From: Squalus acanthias
Lineage: Eukaryota
Assembly (NCBI GenBank): GCA_030390025.1
Contig: CM059432.1
Span: forward strand, 73,348,001 to 73,412,000
Direction of reading: 5' to 3'
Length of the DNA stretch: 64,000 bases
Under the pieces are notes generated by a model. That model saw nothing but the letters and a program-made list of their open reading frames with translations, was not told the DNA's origin and ran no database searches. Every line of letters begins with the position of its first letter. Position 1 is the first letter of the stretch. Shown one piece after another: positions 12,402 through 25,200 of the stretch. A program made the translations under genes and the position numbers.

Positions 12402-12810
12402 ACTTGTATTTATATAGCGTCTTTAACAACCTCAGGATGTCCCAAATTACTTTACAGCCAATTAAGTACTTGTTGAAGTGTAGTCACTGTTGTAATGTAG
12501 GAAACGCAGCAGCCAATATTGCGCACAGCAAGCTCCCACAAACAGCAATGTGATAATGGCCAGATCATCTGTTGGTTGAGGGATAAATATTAGTCAGGAT
12601 ACCAGGGAGAACTCCCCTGCTTTTCTTCAAAATAGTGCCCTGGGATATTTTATGTCCACCTAAGAGGGCAGATGGGGCCTCGGTTTAATGTCACCCGTAA
12701 GATGGCACCTCTGACAGTGCAGCACTCCCTCAGCACTGCACTGGAGTGGGACTTGAACCTGCAGCCATCTGACTCAGAGGTAGGAGTGCTACCACAGAGC
12801 CACGGTTGAT
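12402..12810 (-). mobile_element. Deu-domain SINE (SacSINE1/AmnSINE1-like) with tRNA-derived head and L2-like tail
   Basis: The minus strand has a tRNA-like head (GGTTCAAGTCCC B box), the Deu core (GAGGTGCCATCTT...AAACCGAGGCCCC...GAAGAAAAGCAGGGGAGTTCTCC...TTTATCCCTCAACC) and a tail ending GCTATATAAATACAAG, shared with the L2 tails here. Confidence 0.8.
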
Positions 12811-13659
12811 GAGTGAAAATAACTCATTATAGAACTAGAGGTAACTGTATGTTTCAGAATTTATAGTCATTTACAGAGGTTAAGGATTCATAAACCCTAC
12901 AGAACTCTTTTCTCATATACGCAAACCTAGGAGACCTATGCATGAAATCAAAATTTCAAGCAGTAGTATTCTTTCATCATACTCCAGGAAAATATGAGCC
13001 CCGATTTTAACTCGGGGTGGGAATCAGGGGTCGAAGTGGGTAGCAATCCACCCAGCTCCCCGGAGTGTGAAGCCGGAGATTTGAACTCCTGGTCTTCAGC
13101 AGCATGCCCCACATGTGAAAACAAACCACTTGACTGACTCCCACCCGAAGTCGGCGGGAATGACTTCACTACAGGTGGGCGAGAGTCGAAATTTGTGGGG
13201 GTCAGGCTGCCGCTGGGGACTTATGGAAATGGTCCTCAGCAAGGTAAGCCAGGAATGGGGGTGGGGGGAATCAAGAAAGTCTGCAATTGTGGGGGGAGGG
13301 GGGAACTTGGGGCAAGGTAGGCTGCCTGGTTCACAAGGAATCTTGGCAGATTTGAGACTGTGTTGGCTTAGTCAGTGGGATTAACGCAGTTAAAATGGGG
13401 TGCATGTCCCAGTTAAAGCATCATCATAGATATTGCAGTTGCTTTATGCAAATGCATGTTGTAGCACGTTAGCAAGCTTGTTAGCGTGAGGATGAAAATC
13501 TGTGATAAATATATGAGACAATGAGGAAATACAAATATGAAGAAGATTTGTAAAGTTGGGTCTTTTTTCATTACAACAACGCAGAGTATGGGCCGATGTA
13601 AGAGAAGTGTTTAAAATTATGAAAGGATGGGACAGGACAACAAAAGCAACAACTGCAAA

Positions 13660-15432
13660 TCAGTGACATCACAACCAGGGAAGGAGCTGATTGGTAAGTG
13701 TTTCTAGTTTTTTTTTAAAGTTTTAAGTTTATTCCTGCTAAGTTAGTTAATAGTCTGTTAAATAGAGGCATTACCGGGCAGCTTAGTCCCGCGGAATGCA
13801 CATCTTGTGCCATTTGGGAAATCCAGGACTCTTCCCGTGTCCTGGACAACCACGTGTGCAGGAAGTGTCATCAGCTGGAGGAGCTCGAGCTGCAGGTTTC
13901 GGAGCTTGAGCGGCAGTCTGCGGCACCACGGGTGGCTCAGCTGTACAGGGGGAGAGGAAGAAGAGTGGGAAAGCACTAGTAGTAGGGGATTCGATAGTTA
14001 GGGGAGCAGACAGGTGTTTCTGCGGCCGCAGACGTGACTCCAGGATGGTATGTTGCCTCCCTGGTGCCAGGGTCAAGGATGTCACTCAGCGGCTGCAGGA
14101 CACTCTGATGGGGGAGGGTGAACAGCCAGAGGTCGTGGTCCATATCGGTACCAACAACATAGGCAGAAAGAGGGATGAGGTCCTGCAGGTAGATTTTAGG
14201 GAGCTAGGAGAGAGATTAAAAAGCAGGACCTCAAAGGTAGTAATCTCCGGATTACTCCCAGTACCACGCGCTAGTGAGTACAGAAATAGGAGGATAGAGC
14301 AGATGAATGCGTGGCTGGAGAGATGGTGCAGGAGGGAGGGCTTTTGATTCCTGGGGCATTGGGACCGATTTTGGGGGAGGTGGGACCTGTACAGGCCGGA
14401 CAGGTTGCACCTCAACAGGGCCGGAACCAATATCCTCGCAGGGAGGTTTGTTAGTGCTGTTGGGGAGGGTTTAAACTAATTTGGCAGGGGGATGGGCACC
14501 AGGATGTAACATTAGAAAGGGGAAATAAAGTGCTCAAAGGATTGGGAGAGGCAGAGAGCACTAAAGTAAGAAATAGTAAGGTATTAGCGGGGTCAAAATA
14601 AGAGAGAATTCAGGATGGTCTAAGATGGGTTTACAGTGTATGTATGTGAACGCACAAAGCGTAGTAAACAAGGTAAGTGAGCTGCAGGCACAAATAGCCA
14701 CATGGGAATATGATGTTGTGGTAATAACTGAGACCTGGCTCAAAAAAGAGCAGGATTGGGTTTTAAATATTCCTGGTTATAAAGTGTTCAGGAAAGATAG
14801 GGAAGGAAGGATAGGAGGTGGTGTGGCAGTATTGGTCAAGGAGAATGTTACAGTGCTGGAGAGGGAGGCTGTCCTGAAGGGGTCAAGGACAGAATCTATA
14901 TGGCTAGAGTTAAGAAATAATAGAGGTGCCATTACACTACTAGGTGTATTCTATAGGCCACCAAACAGTGGGAAAGATATGGAGGAGCAAATTTGCAGAG
15001 AAATTACAGAGAGGTGCAAGAACTATAGAGTAGTGATGATGGGGGACTTCAACTATCCTAATATAGACTGGGATAGTAATAGTGTTAAGGGCAGAGAAGG
15101 GGAAGAATTTTGCAGATGACACAAAACTTGGAAGTATAGTGAACAGTGAGGAGGAGTGTGATAGACTTCAGGAAGACATAGACAGGCTGGTGAAATGGGC
15201 GGACACATGGCAGATTAAATTTAACGCAGAAAAGTGTGCAGTGATACATTTTGGTAGAAAGAATGAGGAGAGGACATATAAACTAAATGGTACAATCCTA
15301 AAGGGGGTGCATGAACAGAGAGATCTGGGGGTATGTGTGCACAAATCGTTGAAGGTGGCAGGGCAGATTGAGAAAGCAGTTAAAAAAGCTTACGGGATCC
15401 TGGGCATCATAAATAGAGGAATAGAGTACATA
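13660..15432 (+). mobile_element. CR1 LINE with ORF1 (zinc finger/coiled coil + SGNH esterase) and internally deleted ORF2
   Basis: ORF1 motifs CTSC...CRKC, GDS and VHIGTNN. APE domain at 14625-15107 (NAQS, ETW, YRPP, GDFN) is fused directly to RT FADDTKL at ~15108. Confidence 0.88.
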
Positions 15433-15795
15433 AGAACATAAGAAATAGGAGCAGGAGTAGGCCATTCCTACATTACAACAGTGACTACACTTCAAAAGTA
15501 CTTCATTGGCTGTAAAGCGCTTTGGCAAGTCCTGAGGTTGTGAAAGGCACTATATAAATGCAAGTCTTTCTTTCTTGGAATTCGCTTCAAGGGTTAGTAG
15601 TTGAGGCAGAAACTATATCAACATTCTAGGTTAGATTGGATAGATAGATGAAGTTAAAGGGGTTGAAGGGATATGGGAACAGGACGGGTAAATGTGATTA
15701 GAACTATTTGCTCACATGGAGGGTAAACGCAAATACGGATTGGTTGGGCCGAATGGCCTGTTTCCGTGTTGTAACTTCTATGTATTTCTATGTAT
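15429..15795. mobile_element. Mosaic of retroposon tails: CR1 tail (-, 15429-15466), Deu-SINE tail (+, 15467-15575), CR1 3' end (+, 15576-15795)
   Basis: The segments match, respectively, the tail at 48284, the reverse complement of 12402-12500, and the CR1 3' UTR GGGCCGAATGGCCTG...TTCTATG. Confidence 0.7.
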
Positions 15796-17027
15796 TAACT
15801 TTAGATTTACCTGGTTAGTTTAGCTATGTGGAATTGGCAAAGGCCGTTTTATTTTCATTTACTGTCATTACAGCTATACATAAGAGATTGTATTACCCTA
15901 AAGGTTAAAGTTTAATCATCTTGTCTACAGTAATATGTTGACACAATTTGCTCTCAGTGCAAATACTTTTTCAGCATTAAATATACATAGCATGTTATTA
16001 GTATTAATTAGATGGTGTTTTGTGAATTAAGCATAAGCATTAAGCTTTTCCACCCTAATAGTAAATCAATTAAACAAATAATTATGGAGCAAAGCAGATT
16101 AATTAAGTCCAGTACTGATTTTGTATCATTTTTAAGCACTAAACATATACAATTAGTGCACATTTAACCCATGTTTAATACTTGATTTCAATAAAACCTT
16201 CCCGTTGTATTTTTGTTAAGGCATTTTGGCGCCTGCAGGCATGTGAGCTTTTGAATAAGAACTGCCTTTATTCTGTTAATAAATTCATAAATTGAAATAT
16301 GGAGCTCATATTTACCAGAGCATTGCTCACACCTTGGCGGGATTTTGAATGCCACTTTGCAAACAGAAATAACGTCTGACTCATCACCAAAGGTCAGATT
16401 GCTCATTTCCTGTAGTTAAGTGGTTTAATTTACATGATTACATCTAATGTTCCACTGGATCGAACCACCAGTCATAAATAAGATGGGGAACAAATCAATA
16501 AATTGTGTGGTAGAATTTGGGCAGCAACTGAGATCATTTGTATTTACCATTGAAATACCCTGAACGGCTGTATAAAGGACAAGCCCCAGTGCCTGAAAAT
16601 TACTGAGTGATGTTATCTAACGAACATATGACGCATCACATTCATCTCTGTGTTGTTTTAATGTCGGCCCTAACCTATACAAAATAAACAGGTTAACTCC
16701 TCCCTTAAAATAGCAGGGTGAGGAATTTGATACAGTGGCCCTGAAAATCTGCAATTGGATGCATCCCAGCGTAAATGCTGAGATGCGCTAAGCTAGGAAT
16801 TTTTGCTGGGAACTTCCTGGGGTCAGGGGAGCTTCCCTCATTTTTCTGCTAATGGTGGGCATCCACATACTAGGGGCACAATTGGGGCACCGTCTGGCCA
16901 GCGTGGGAGAAAGGGCATGCATACAGGGCTCCCCCCATCACTCAGTAAACAAGTTATAGGTGCCCACTTAATAACACATATTTTTGGCTTTCTGGGGTTT
17001 TGTCATATCTTTAGGAGTCCAAACCAC

Positions 17028-17370
17028 AATCAAGGCCTACACACCCAGATACTCTCTCACACAGACTCTTGTCCTAGACACCACCCCCCCCCCCCGCCCC
17101 ACCCCCACCCAATCATGGCCTGGACCCCCAGGTACTCTCTCACACAGACTCTTGTCCTAGACACCACCCCCCCCGCCCCCCAATCATGGCCTGGACCCCT
17201 AGGTACTCTCTCACACAGATTCTTGGCCTAGACCACCACCCCCTCCGCCCCGCCCCCCCGCCCCAATCATGGCCTAGACCCTCAGGTACTCTCTCACACA
17301 GATTCTTGGCCTAGACCACCACCCCCTCCCCCCTCCTCCCCAATCATGGCCTGGACCCCCAGGTACTCTT
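17028..17370. repeat. Tandem repeat, ~71-83-bp unit, ~4.4 copies, with a variable poly-C tract
   Basis: AATCATGGCCTGGACCCCCAGGTACTCTCTCACACAGA(C/T)TCTTG.. units start at ~17028, 17111, 17182, 17265 and 17342. Confidence 0.9.
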
Positions 17371-18007
17371 TGCTTCACCAGGTGTACCTCTGCCAACCAT
17401 ATGCCAGGTTCTAGTGAAGGCCTGGGGCATGAGAACTCCAAAGTAGGGTATCCCCTCCTTCCGACCCGACCCCCTTTTGATGATGATCATGTTTGATGTG
17501 GTAGCTTCACCCCAGCAGACCAAAGAGGAAATTTCAGAATGCCAGGACCCAGTGCAACTGGGTCCTGGCCTAGTTTCTATCTGTTCCAGTAAACTCTCAC
17601 TGAAGTACCCCAGAGCAATATTCTAGGCCAAGCACTTTATGTGTTCTTAAAATAACATCTCAGACTGTGATTTCCAGGCTTATATATTTAATTGAAGCTT
17701 GTTGGGACATTTTTCTTTGTGCAGCATTTTATTATTGTTGCAGTTATTTCGGATTTGTGTTTGCAGTTATTATTTAATGAAAAACACTGAGGGGAATTTT
17801 GATATTGACAGATACTTTAGATAACATGAATTGTTCCAGATTACACCAAACTGACAACACCTATTTTTGGCTTTCTGAGGTTTTGTCATGTTGTTGATTG
17901 AAATTTAAACCATCTAATCAAAAATTGTAAGCATTATTTGCACTTCATGTATTTATACCTGCAAATGAGTCATTTGATCTATATAACTAACATAACTTAT
18001 TTAATTA

Positions 18008-18595
18008 ACAACAACAACTTGTATTTATATAGCACCTTTAACATAGTAAATGTCCCAAGGCGCTTCACAGGAGTATTATAAGACAAAAAATTTGACACCA
18101 AGCCATATAAGGAGAAATTAGGTCAGATGACCAAAAGCTTGGTCAAAGAGGTAGGTTTTAAGGAGCATATTAAAGGAGGAAAGAGAGGTAGAGAGGCGGA
18201 GAGGTTGAGGCAGGGAATTCCAGAGCTTAGGGCCTAGGCAACAGAAGGCACGGCCACCAATGTTTGAGCGATTATAATCAGGGATGCTCAAGAGGGCAGA
18301 ATTGGAGGAGCGCAGATATCTCGGGGAGTTGTGGGGCTGAAGGAGATTACAGAGATAGGATGGGGCGAGGCCATGGAGGGATTTGAAAACAAGTATGAGA
18401 ATTTTGAAATCGAGGCGTTGCTTAACCGGGAGCCAATGGAGGTCAGCGAGCACAGGGGTGATGGGTGAACGGGAGTTGGTGCAAGTTAGGACACGGGCAG
18501 CCGAGTTTTGGATGACCTCAAGTTTACGCAGGGTAAAACGCGGGAGGCCAGCCAGGAGTGCGTTGGAATAGTCAAGTCTAGAGCTAACAAAGGCG
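18008..18595 (-). mobile_element. L2-clade LINE 3' end
   Basis: Minus-strand ORF LADLHWLPVKQRLDFKILILVFKSLHGLAPSYL...LWNSLP...KTYLF, a (TTG)n tail, and TTAATTAA on both flanks (possible TSD). Confidence 0.9.
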
Positions 18596-19070
18596 ATTAA
18601 TTAATTAATGGCGATAAATGTGAAAATGGCATCTGGAAAACGGCTTAAGGAGGGTGAAAATCAACTTTTTTACTGTAGTGATACTGAAAATGGAATGGAT
18701 AATTATTTGGAATATAAACAAATTTTGGAAATCACTGTAATGAACTCAAACCAATTTTCAAAAAGTATTCAAAAATACATTAAAAATCTATTAGATTGTT
18801 GAAAATACATTTAGAACTTCAAATAGTCAGAAAAATACACATTAAAACATAATAGAAACAAAATAATAGTACCTCAGTAATACCGTTATTTTAACAGTAG
18901 TTTTTATGTCTGCAAGTATACGAACAAAATTTGACAATGATACAAGTGAGAACACATGCTGTTGCTGTGTGTGAAAGACACTTATTGTATTAATTAATAT
19001 ATAGCAGAAGTAAACATTTTTATACATTTCTGTGTCCAGGATCTTGTTTTTCCTCCTGCAGTTCTACACT

Positions 19071-19238
19071 CCAGTGTCATCTACAACTTCTGCAAGATGG
19101 CTGTTCTCTGTTTCAGATCAAAGCAGAATTTCTGGGAGATTCACCCATGCCCAGTGCCATCTACAACTTCTGCAAGATGGCTGTTCTCTGTTTCAGATCA
19201 AAGCAGAATTTCTGGGAGATTCACCCATGCCCAGTGCC
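19071..19238. repeat. 80-bp tandem duplication (2.1 copies)
   Basis: 19071-19150 and 19151-19230 are identical except for one base. Confidence 0.95.
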
Positions 19239-22200
19239 CTTCTATCTGGGGGGAATCTGTTTCCTGTCCTTGTGAATATGCTCAAACAGTAGATGCCTAG
19301 CATTGTGCTCTAGCAAATTTTCATAATTGAGATGCTACAAATGTTAAATGTTCCTTAATGTACATTATGCCCATTATAGATATGAATTCATCTAAATGGT
19401 TCATTGGACTTACTGTAAAAAAACTGTGATGCATTTGAAACACCATAATATATCTGAAAAATGATAAAGGGGAATGCTTTGAAAATTTCAAGAAATTAAC
19501 ATTATACAAATTCACTAATACTGTTATTAAATCTAATCCCAATGGACTGTTTGCACCGGTTATTTGCTTTTGCAACATCAGAAACTGGTGCTACACTTCA
19601 GTAGATAGGATCTGGTTCCTAATAATTAGGCCAGTTGTGCTTGTCTACTCATAAAAAACATCTAATTCTGTTATAAACCCATATCAGAAAATGAAAACAG
19701 GCATTAACAATGTATAGACAACTAATATGTAAAAGCTACAGCTACTCTTCTGAAATGTTAACACAACTGGGCAGCAAACATTCAGATGACAGTGTAATAT
19801 CAGGAACCAACAGCTTGTCATACTAGGTGTGTTGCTAACCTTTCCCCATGACACTTCTATCCTATGTCTCCACAATTGAAGTATCTCCTCTCCATCTGGT
19901 ATCATTCCACCATTCTAAGTTTACCCAACAATTATGGAAAGACATACGCTACTCTTTCACATCCTTTGTGGGGTGCGGGGTGGGTGGGGGGGGGGGTGTG
20001 TGTGGGGGGCGCAGGGTGGGGTGGCTGTTAGCGGTATCATCTATATATTAACTCTGAGATTTCTTCCACCCTCCCTTAGCTTAGCCTTGGGGAGTGGAGG
20101 CACTGTTTCAAGTTCTGGAGAAAGTCTATCAAAAAAGCCTTTCACAGCTTAATGGCGAGGGAGCCATCAAATCTTTCTAAACTCTCCAAACCAAACACCA
20201 ACTCAGACAGGGTGATGCCTTTTTTTTATAAAAGCACTTTCAATCCAACCGCTTAACTGGGTTAGCGTCACTTAGCAACTCACAACACTAGAGACCTCTC
20301 CTCCCTCCCTATAAGACAAAACCAAACGACTTCCATGTGCTCAGAAAACACAAATGCAGCATAAAGTGTACCTGGCAGAGATCTGGATCAAACGGAAGGG
20401 CTGATTCCACGGTTTTGTGCATTGGCAGAGCAGGTTACCAACTGGCACAGTGGAAGTGCTGAACTGGAAGAGCAGGCCCTGTGCCAATTTCTTTCCGGCC
20501 TGCAATTTGCCACTCTTCTATTTTTAGTGAGCTGAAGTGCTTTCACCCATTTCCTGTGTAAGCCTCATTAAGGCCCCAGATTTAATGCAAAATTATTTAA
20601 ATGAACCTAGCATAACTCTCTGGTATTTGTGGCAGCTTTCCTCTTTTTTCTTTGTGTGCCCATTTAGAATGGTAGCAAGGGAAGCCCTATGGGCACAGGA
20701 GCTTTGGAAGAGATTTTTGTAATGGTTACAGTAGCTTTATAGTGCAGTGTTTCTTGTTGGACATTTTGTTCATCATTCTGAAATGATTACTAACATTTAT
20801 TTTTTGCAAAATAGAATTGGTGGCCATATTTTTACTCCTTCAATAAGTTTGCTTTTCAAACACCTCAAATAGAACATTTCATGGTTGAGGTGGTAGAAAA
20901 TCAGGAGTTGGCACATCCACCTGCCAGTGACCCAAAACAACTGCTTCAGCTTGCTACAGGTCAGCAGGCCAGAGCTTCGTCGACTGCAGCAAGAACACCG
21001 TCAGCATCCATGCAACTTAGGGATGACGCTGGCTGTATTTGGTAAGATCACTATGTCCTCAACTGTACTGCCTATGGCCCATTCTTGATAAGCACTGCAA
21101 TATCAGATACTGTATGAATCAAAAAGGAGATTGCAGCATTTGTCTACATGGTAGACTTTTATCTTTTTTTCTCAATGAACACTATGAAATGCATGCCCAA
21201 TGTACTACATTGATACATTTCCCAAAGTGCAGGGAGTCACTGATCGTTGTCACGTATTTAGCTGAAGAATTTGGGATATGTGAATATGGCAAGGCTTTGA
21301 ATTCTACTTTGCATCTTCTCCGTGCATCCTGTTGAGGTATGGGTATACATGAGGTGCAATGAAAGAGCTGTAAGGTTGTGAAGGCTTGGCATGGGTAAGC
21401 AATAATCTTGGGACAGGTTGACAGGCTACATTTTGTGACATATGCCATCGACGTGGTATATGATAGGGCTTATCTTGCCAGATTCCTTCAAGTGTGCTGT
21501 CTTCTCCTGCAGTTACCAGACATGCATTTAGTCTGTCCACTGTCTCCTGCCAGGTATGGCGGACTGTCATCTTCTGGGAAGGGTGCCAAACAGACAAGCC
21601 TCCTAGCACCCATGTTATGCAACAATGTCCACTTCACTTCATCAAGTAGGAAATAGTGGAGAGCCACTCTGCCATATGCCCAGACTGTATTCCACGCTTC
21701 CACATTGCATTGTCTATCCTATCAACCTTGCCTATTAGTTCTCCCCCCAATACAGGCTGAAAACTATTGTGACAAATTGTGAGACATGAAAAAGCCTCCA
21801 ACATTTTTATCCCCTATATTTGGCAACTTACCTTTAAGTGGCCTCACTCCTTTCATTTTCAGCAGCAGCTCTTTAAAGAGTGTATAGATTCAATTCGCCT
21901 CCCTTCATTGTGCTTTCTGTACAAGCTCAAACTGTGAAGGGAGCGTGTGTAAATTGTTAAAATTAGCTGGCATTGCCAAAGCTAGTGAAATCATCTTCTC
22001 ACTCCAGTGGCAGGTGTGCTAACCTGTACTGTGCTCCCTGGGTAATTTTTCCGAACATCATGGAATCAGTCATTTAATCTCCAGATAAATGGAAATCCAT
22101 TTGTGAAGCAGTACATAATGTCTCATCTTGCAAAAAACTAAAGGGTAAATTAAGATTAAAGTTTGGACATACCCCTCCCCCTCTCCTCCCTTCTGCATAA

Positions 22201-25200
22201 ACCCAGTTACAGCAGAATGCTGGACAGGCTATGACAAGGGAGACACAATCCTATACATTTTCTGGGCACGTCCAAAAAAGCAGTAAAATGTGCTGCATGA
22301 AATGAAAAAGATTACACAATCCACAAGGACTTACTGCCTCTTGAGCCTCTCCGTAGTAATCCCTCCAGACATAAGTCCAAGCAAGCTACTGGGCATCGTC
22401 CTAACTAAAATCTGGCAATGCATCACATTGCAAAGGTTTCGGTTAGACGTCCCCTCTATAGTCACTGCAGATGGGTGGTTCTATCTTAAACCTTTTCAAT
22501 GGGATGCAATGCTAGAATCATTGTGGAAAATAGACCATTGTGGAAAAAAAACATGCACTGAGGTTAAACCAAGAAAAATCTCTAAAACTGGTTGCCATTT
22601 CTAGTTTACTGCCAACAAGCTGGCACTTCAAGAGCACCTGCTGCATTGCACAGGCACTCGCTGGAAGAATGCATATTAAGCCACCTGACTGAAGAAGTTC
22701 ATAGAGTAGTAATAGTTAGTCCAAGACAGCACCAACCATTGATACCATAGTCACCAGCAGCAGCACATCCAGTTGCAACTATCAACTACAGCTATTTGCC
22801 AGGTTTGTTCACAAGCCACTCTTAAATGTGGGTTACCTGTCACACTGTATCATGCATGTTTGTATGCCATGGGAACAATGCAGGATAAAATACTTTAACT
22901 GCAAGACATTTGTACATAAAAGAACAGCAATCAGGCTGAATTTCCTCTGAGTTTCTCCCTCTCTGCGGTCATAACTTGGGCGGAAATGCAACGCAACCCC
23001 GTTTAAGCATGTGAACTGGATTTCTGCCGCATTTCCATTTATGCTATTTTCCATGTGGCACTGATTAGCATTGAAACACCATTAATTCCATTCAGTTATT
23101 ATTAGGTACAGAATGATTAAAATCTGAAATATTTTGATGAATTTTTGTGCCTGTATGGGTGAGGCTGCCAGGTTATTATGGTTGGATCATGGCATATTGA
23201 AACAAATATTTATCACAATGCTTCAAAATGAAACCATTGGTATGTTATAAATCATTTTTGCTGACACTGTACTTAAACTTATGTTCAATATAAACAGCCT
23301 AGATCATATAAATGCGTGGGTTGCATCAGCTCAGAATTAACTTTGCCACTGTAGCCATGATATACTGTATAATAATTAAGACCTTTTTTGCTAAAACGCG
23401 CAAGGTTATATTTGAGGTATTTGAGGTGATGGTGTGCATTACTTACAGATAATGTATATCTTTCATTCATTATTGCTTAGGGAAAAGAAGTCATAGGCAA
23501 GAACTGGCTGCATAGAAAGCTACCCCAGGCCAAAAGAATTCTGTTAAGTGAGATTCATTTTATCACTTCTGAAGCAACAAAGTCCCCTTAAAATGTTCTA
23601 GTATTCATAGTCACCAAGGTTAATTAATGTTTCAAAACTATGAGATTACATTTTTAAAATCTGAAAATGAAGGAGGCTATACCTTCGTTATAGAACGTGT
23701 TTAAGTATTATTAAGCATAGATTTATAAGGTTCACATGTGACTGACATATTTGAAATTGTAGTGGAAAAATATGCAAATCAGAGGCTAGCAACAATTCAT
23801 CATCATGGTAAAGAATCTGACACCGCCTGTCATGAGGGAAGTTAATGCAGACAGGTACTTTCCATTGCCTTCCAATAAAAGGACAAGAATTAATTTGCAT
23901 ACATCTATCAAGCAAATGATATTAAGCTAAATCAAAACTACTATTATTTTGAGCTATGTGAGGCAAAATGCCTTTCAGTTACATTGAACTTGCACCAAAT
24001 AAAATATATTTTCCACACAAAAGACATATATCCCTGGCTTGTAACTAGTGTTTTGCATATGTAACATCTAACATAGTTTGAATTGTTGAATATATTTATA
24101 TCCACTTGAGAGCAAGATTTCCCCTAAGATTCTATCTTCTGTTACTTGGTGTGTTGGCAAATGGTACACTTCTTATAATCACAGATTTAATTTGATTTGA
24201 TTTAAAATTCAATTTCATTTCTACCAGTCTAATAGTCTATTAGATTTTATAAAATAATAAAATGACAAAATATTTGATACTGGAATTGAAACTTTTTGTG
24301 TAATACCTTATGTATTACTGATATATTCTAGAAATCAAGTTAAGCTGCATATCCATTATTTTGTGATATATCTATGGAGGAAAGGTTTTACACCTTTTTG
24401 TGAATTTAACTAGCGCTATGCCTGTGTATGGACCCTCAGCATTGAATAATGATATAATATACTATAGTCCTTCCACAGTATGAAGATTCTTCATTTCAAT
24501 CACTTCAGCTTTTAAAGCAGCAACAATGGGCTGGGGTAGGAGCAGCGATGGGACTCAGGTAGAGGACTGGGCAGTACTCAGGTAGGATCCATGGCAGGAC
24601 TTGGGTAGAGGTTTGGGTGGGACTCAAAAAGGAGCTGTGGCAGGGAAGAGGCTGGTTGACAAATAGATGCGGCCATTTCCAGTTAAGCAGTTACCTTGAA
24701 AATTTTAGTTTAATATTAGTGGTAGGTTAAATGCCAATCTGTGACACTGTACAATTCAGATTCTGTCGACTACATATTAGTTACTTTTATTGTGACCATT
24801 GATACTGAATCTTATAATGGTGAGAATTGTAGTTAAATGAAGTATTTGTTCATTGTACATTGAGTTTTGTGTAATGTCTTTGGGTTCTTCCAAGTGTGGT
24901 CAGGGATAAAAGTAAATATTTGCAGTAATGCATTCAATTCACACTAACCATTGGCTGTGAGAGTTTCTTTAGGTGAGTTGCTTATGTAGGATGACTCCCT
25001 GGCCAAACAGTAACACATATACCTTAGACATTGATGGTAAATTCTAATCCAGTTCCTCCTATAGTCATAATGTGCAGCATACTGTATGCTAATGAAATTC
25101 TATCACAGCAAGTGACAGAAGTACTGCAGAAATCATCCATTACTTTTATTTACAGATGTATAAATATTTACAATTGCAACTTTCATACTTGACTTTCAGA

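Noticed and set aside
12730..12810. tRNA gene
   Set aside because: The tRNA-like A/B boxes are the head of the Deu-SINE and do not form a complete cloverleaf.
12994..13400. Additional MITE-like GC-rich remnants (also ~16715-17630, 20395-20640, 22950-23090, 32850-32985, 50215-50460)
   Set aside because: Each shows at most one TIR-like end and no verifiable TSD. They are probably old Harbinger relics, but boundaries cannot be supported.
20030..20350. Possible LTR fragment or promoter (TATAAAA, RFX-like GTCACTTAGCAAC)
   Set aside because: No TG..CA boundaries with a TSD and no second copy; support is insufficient.
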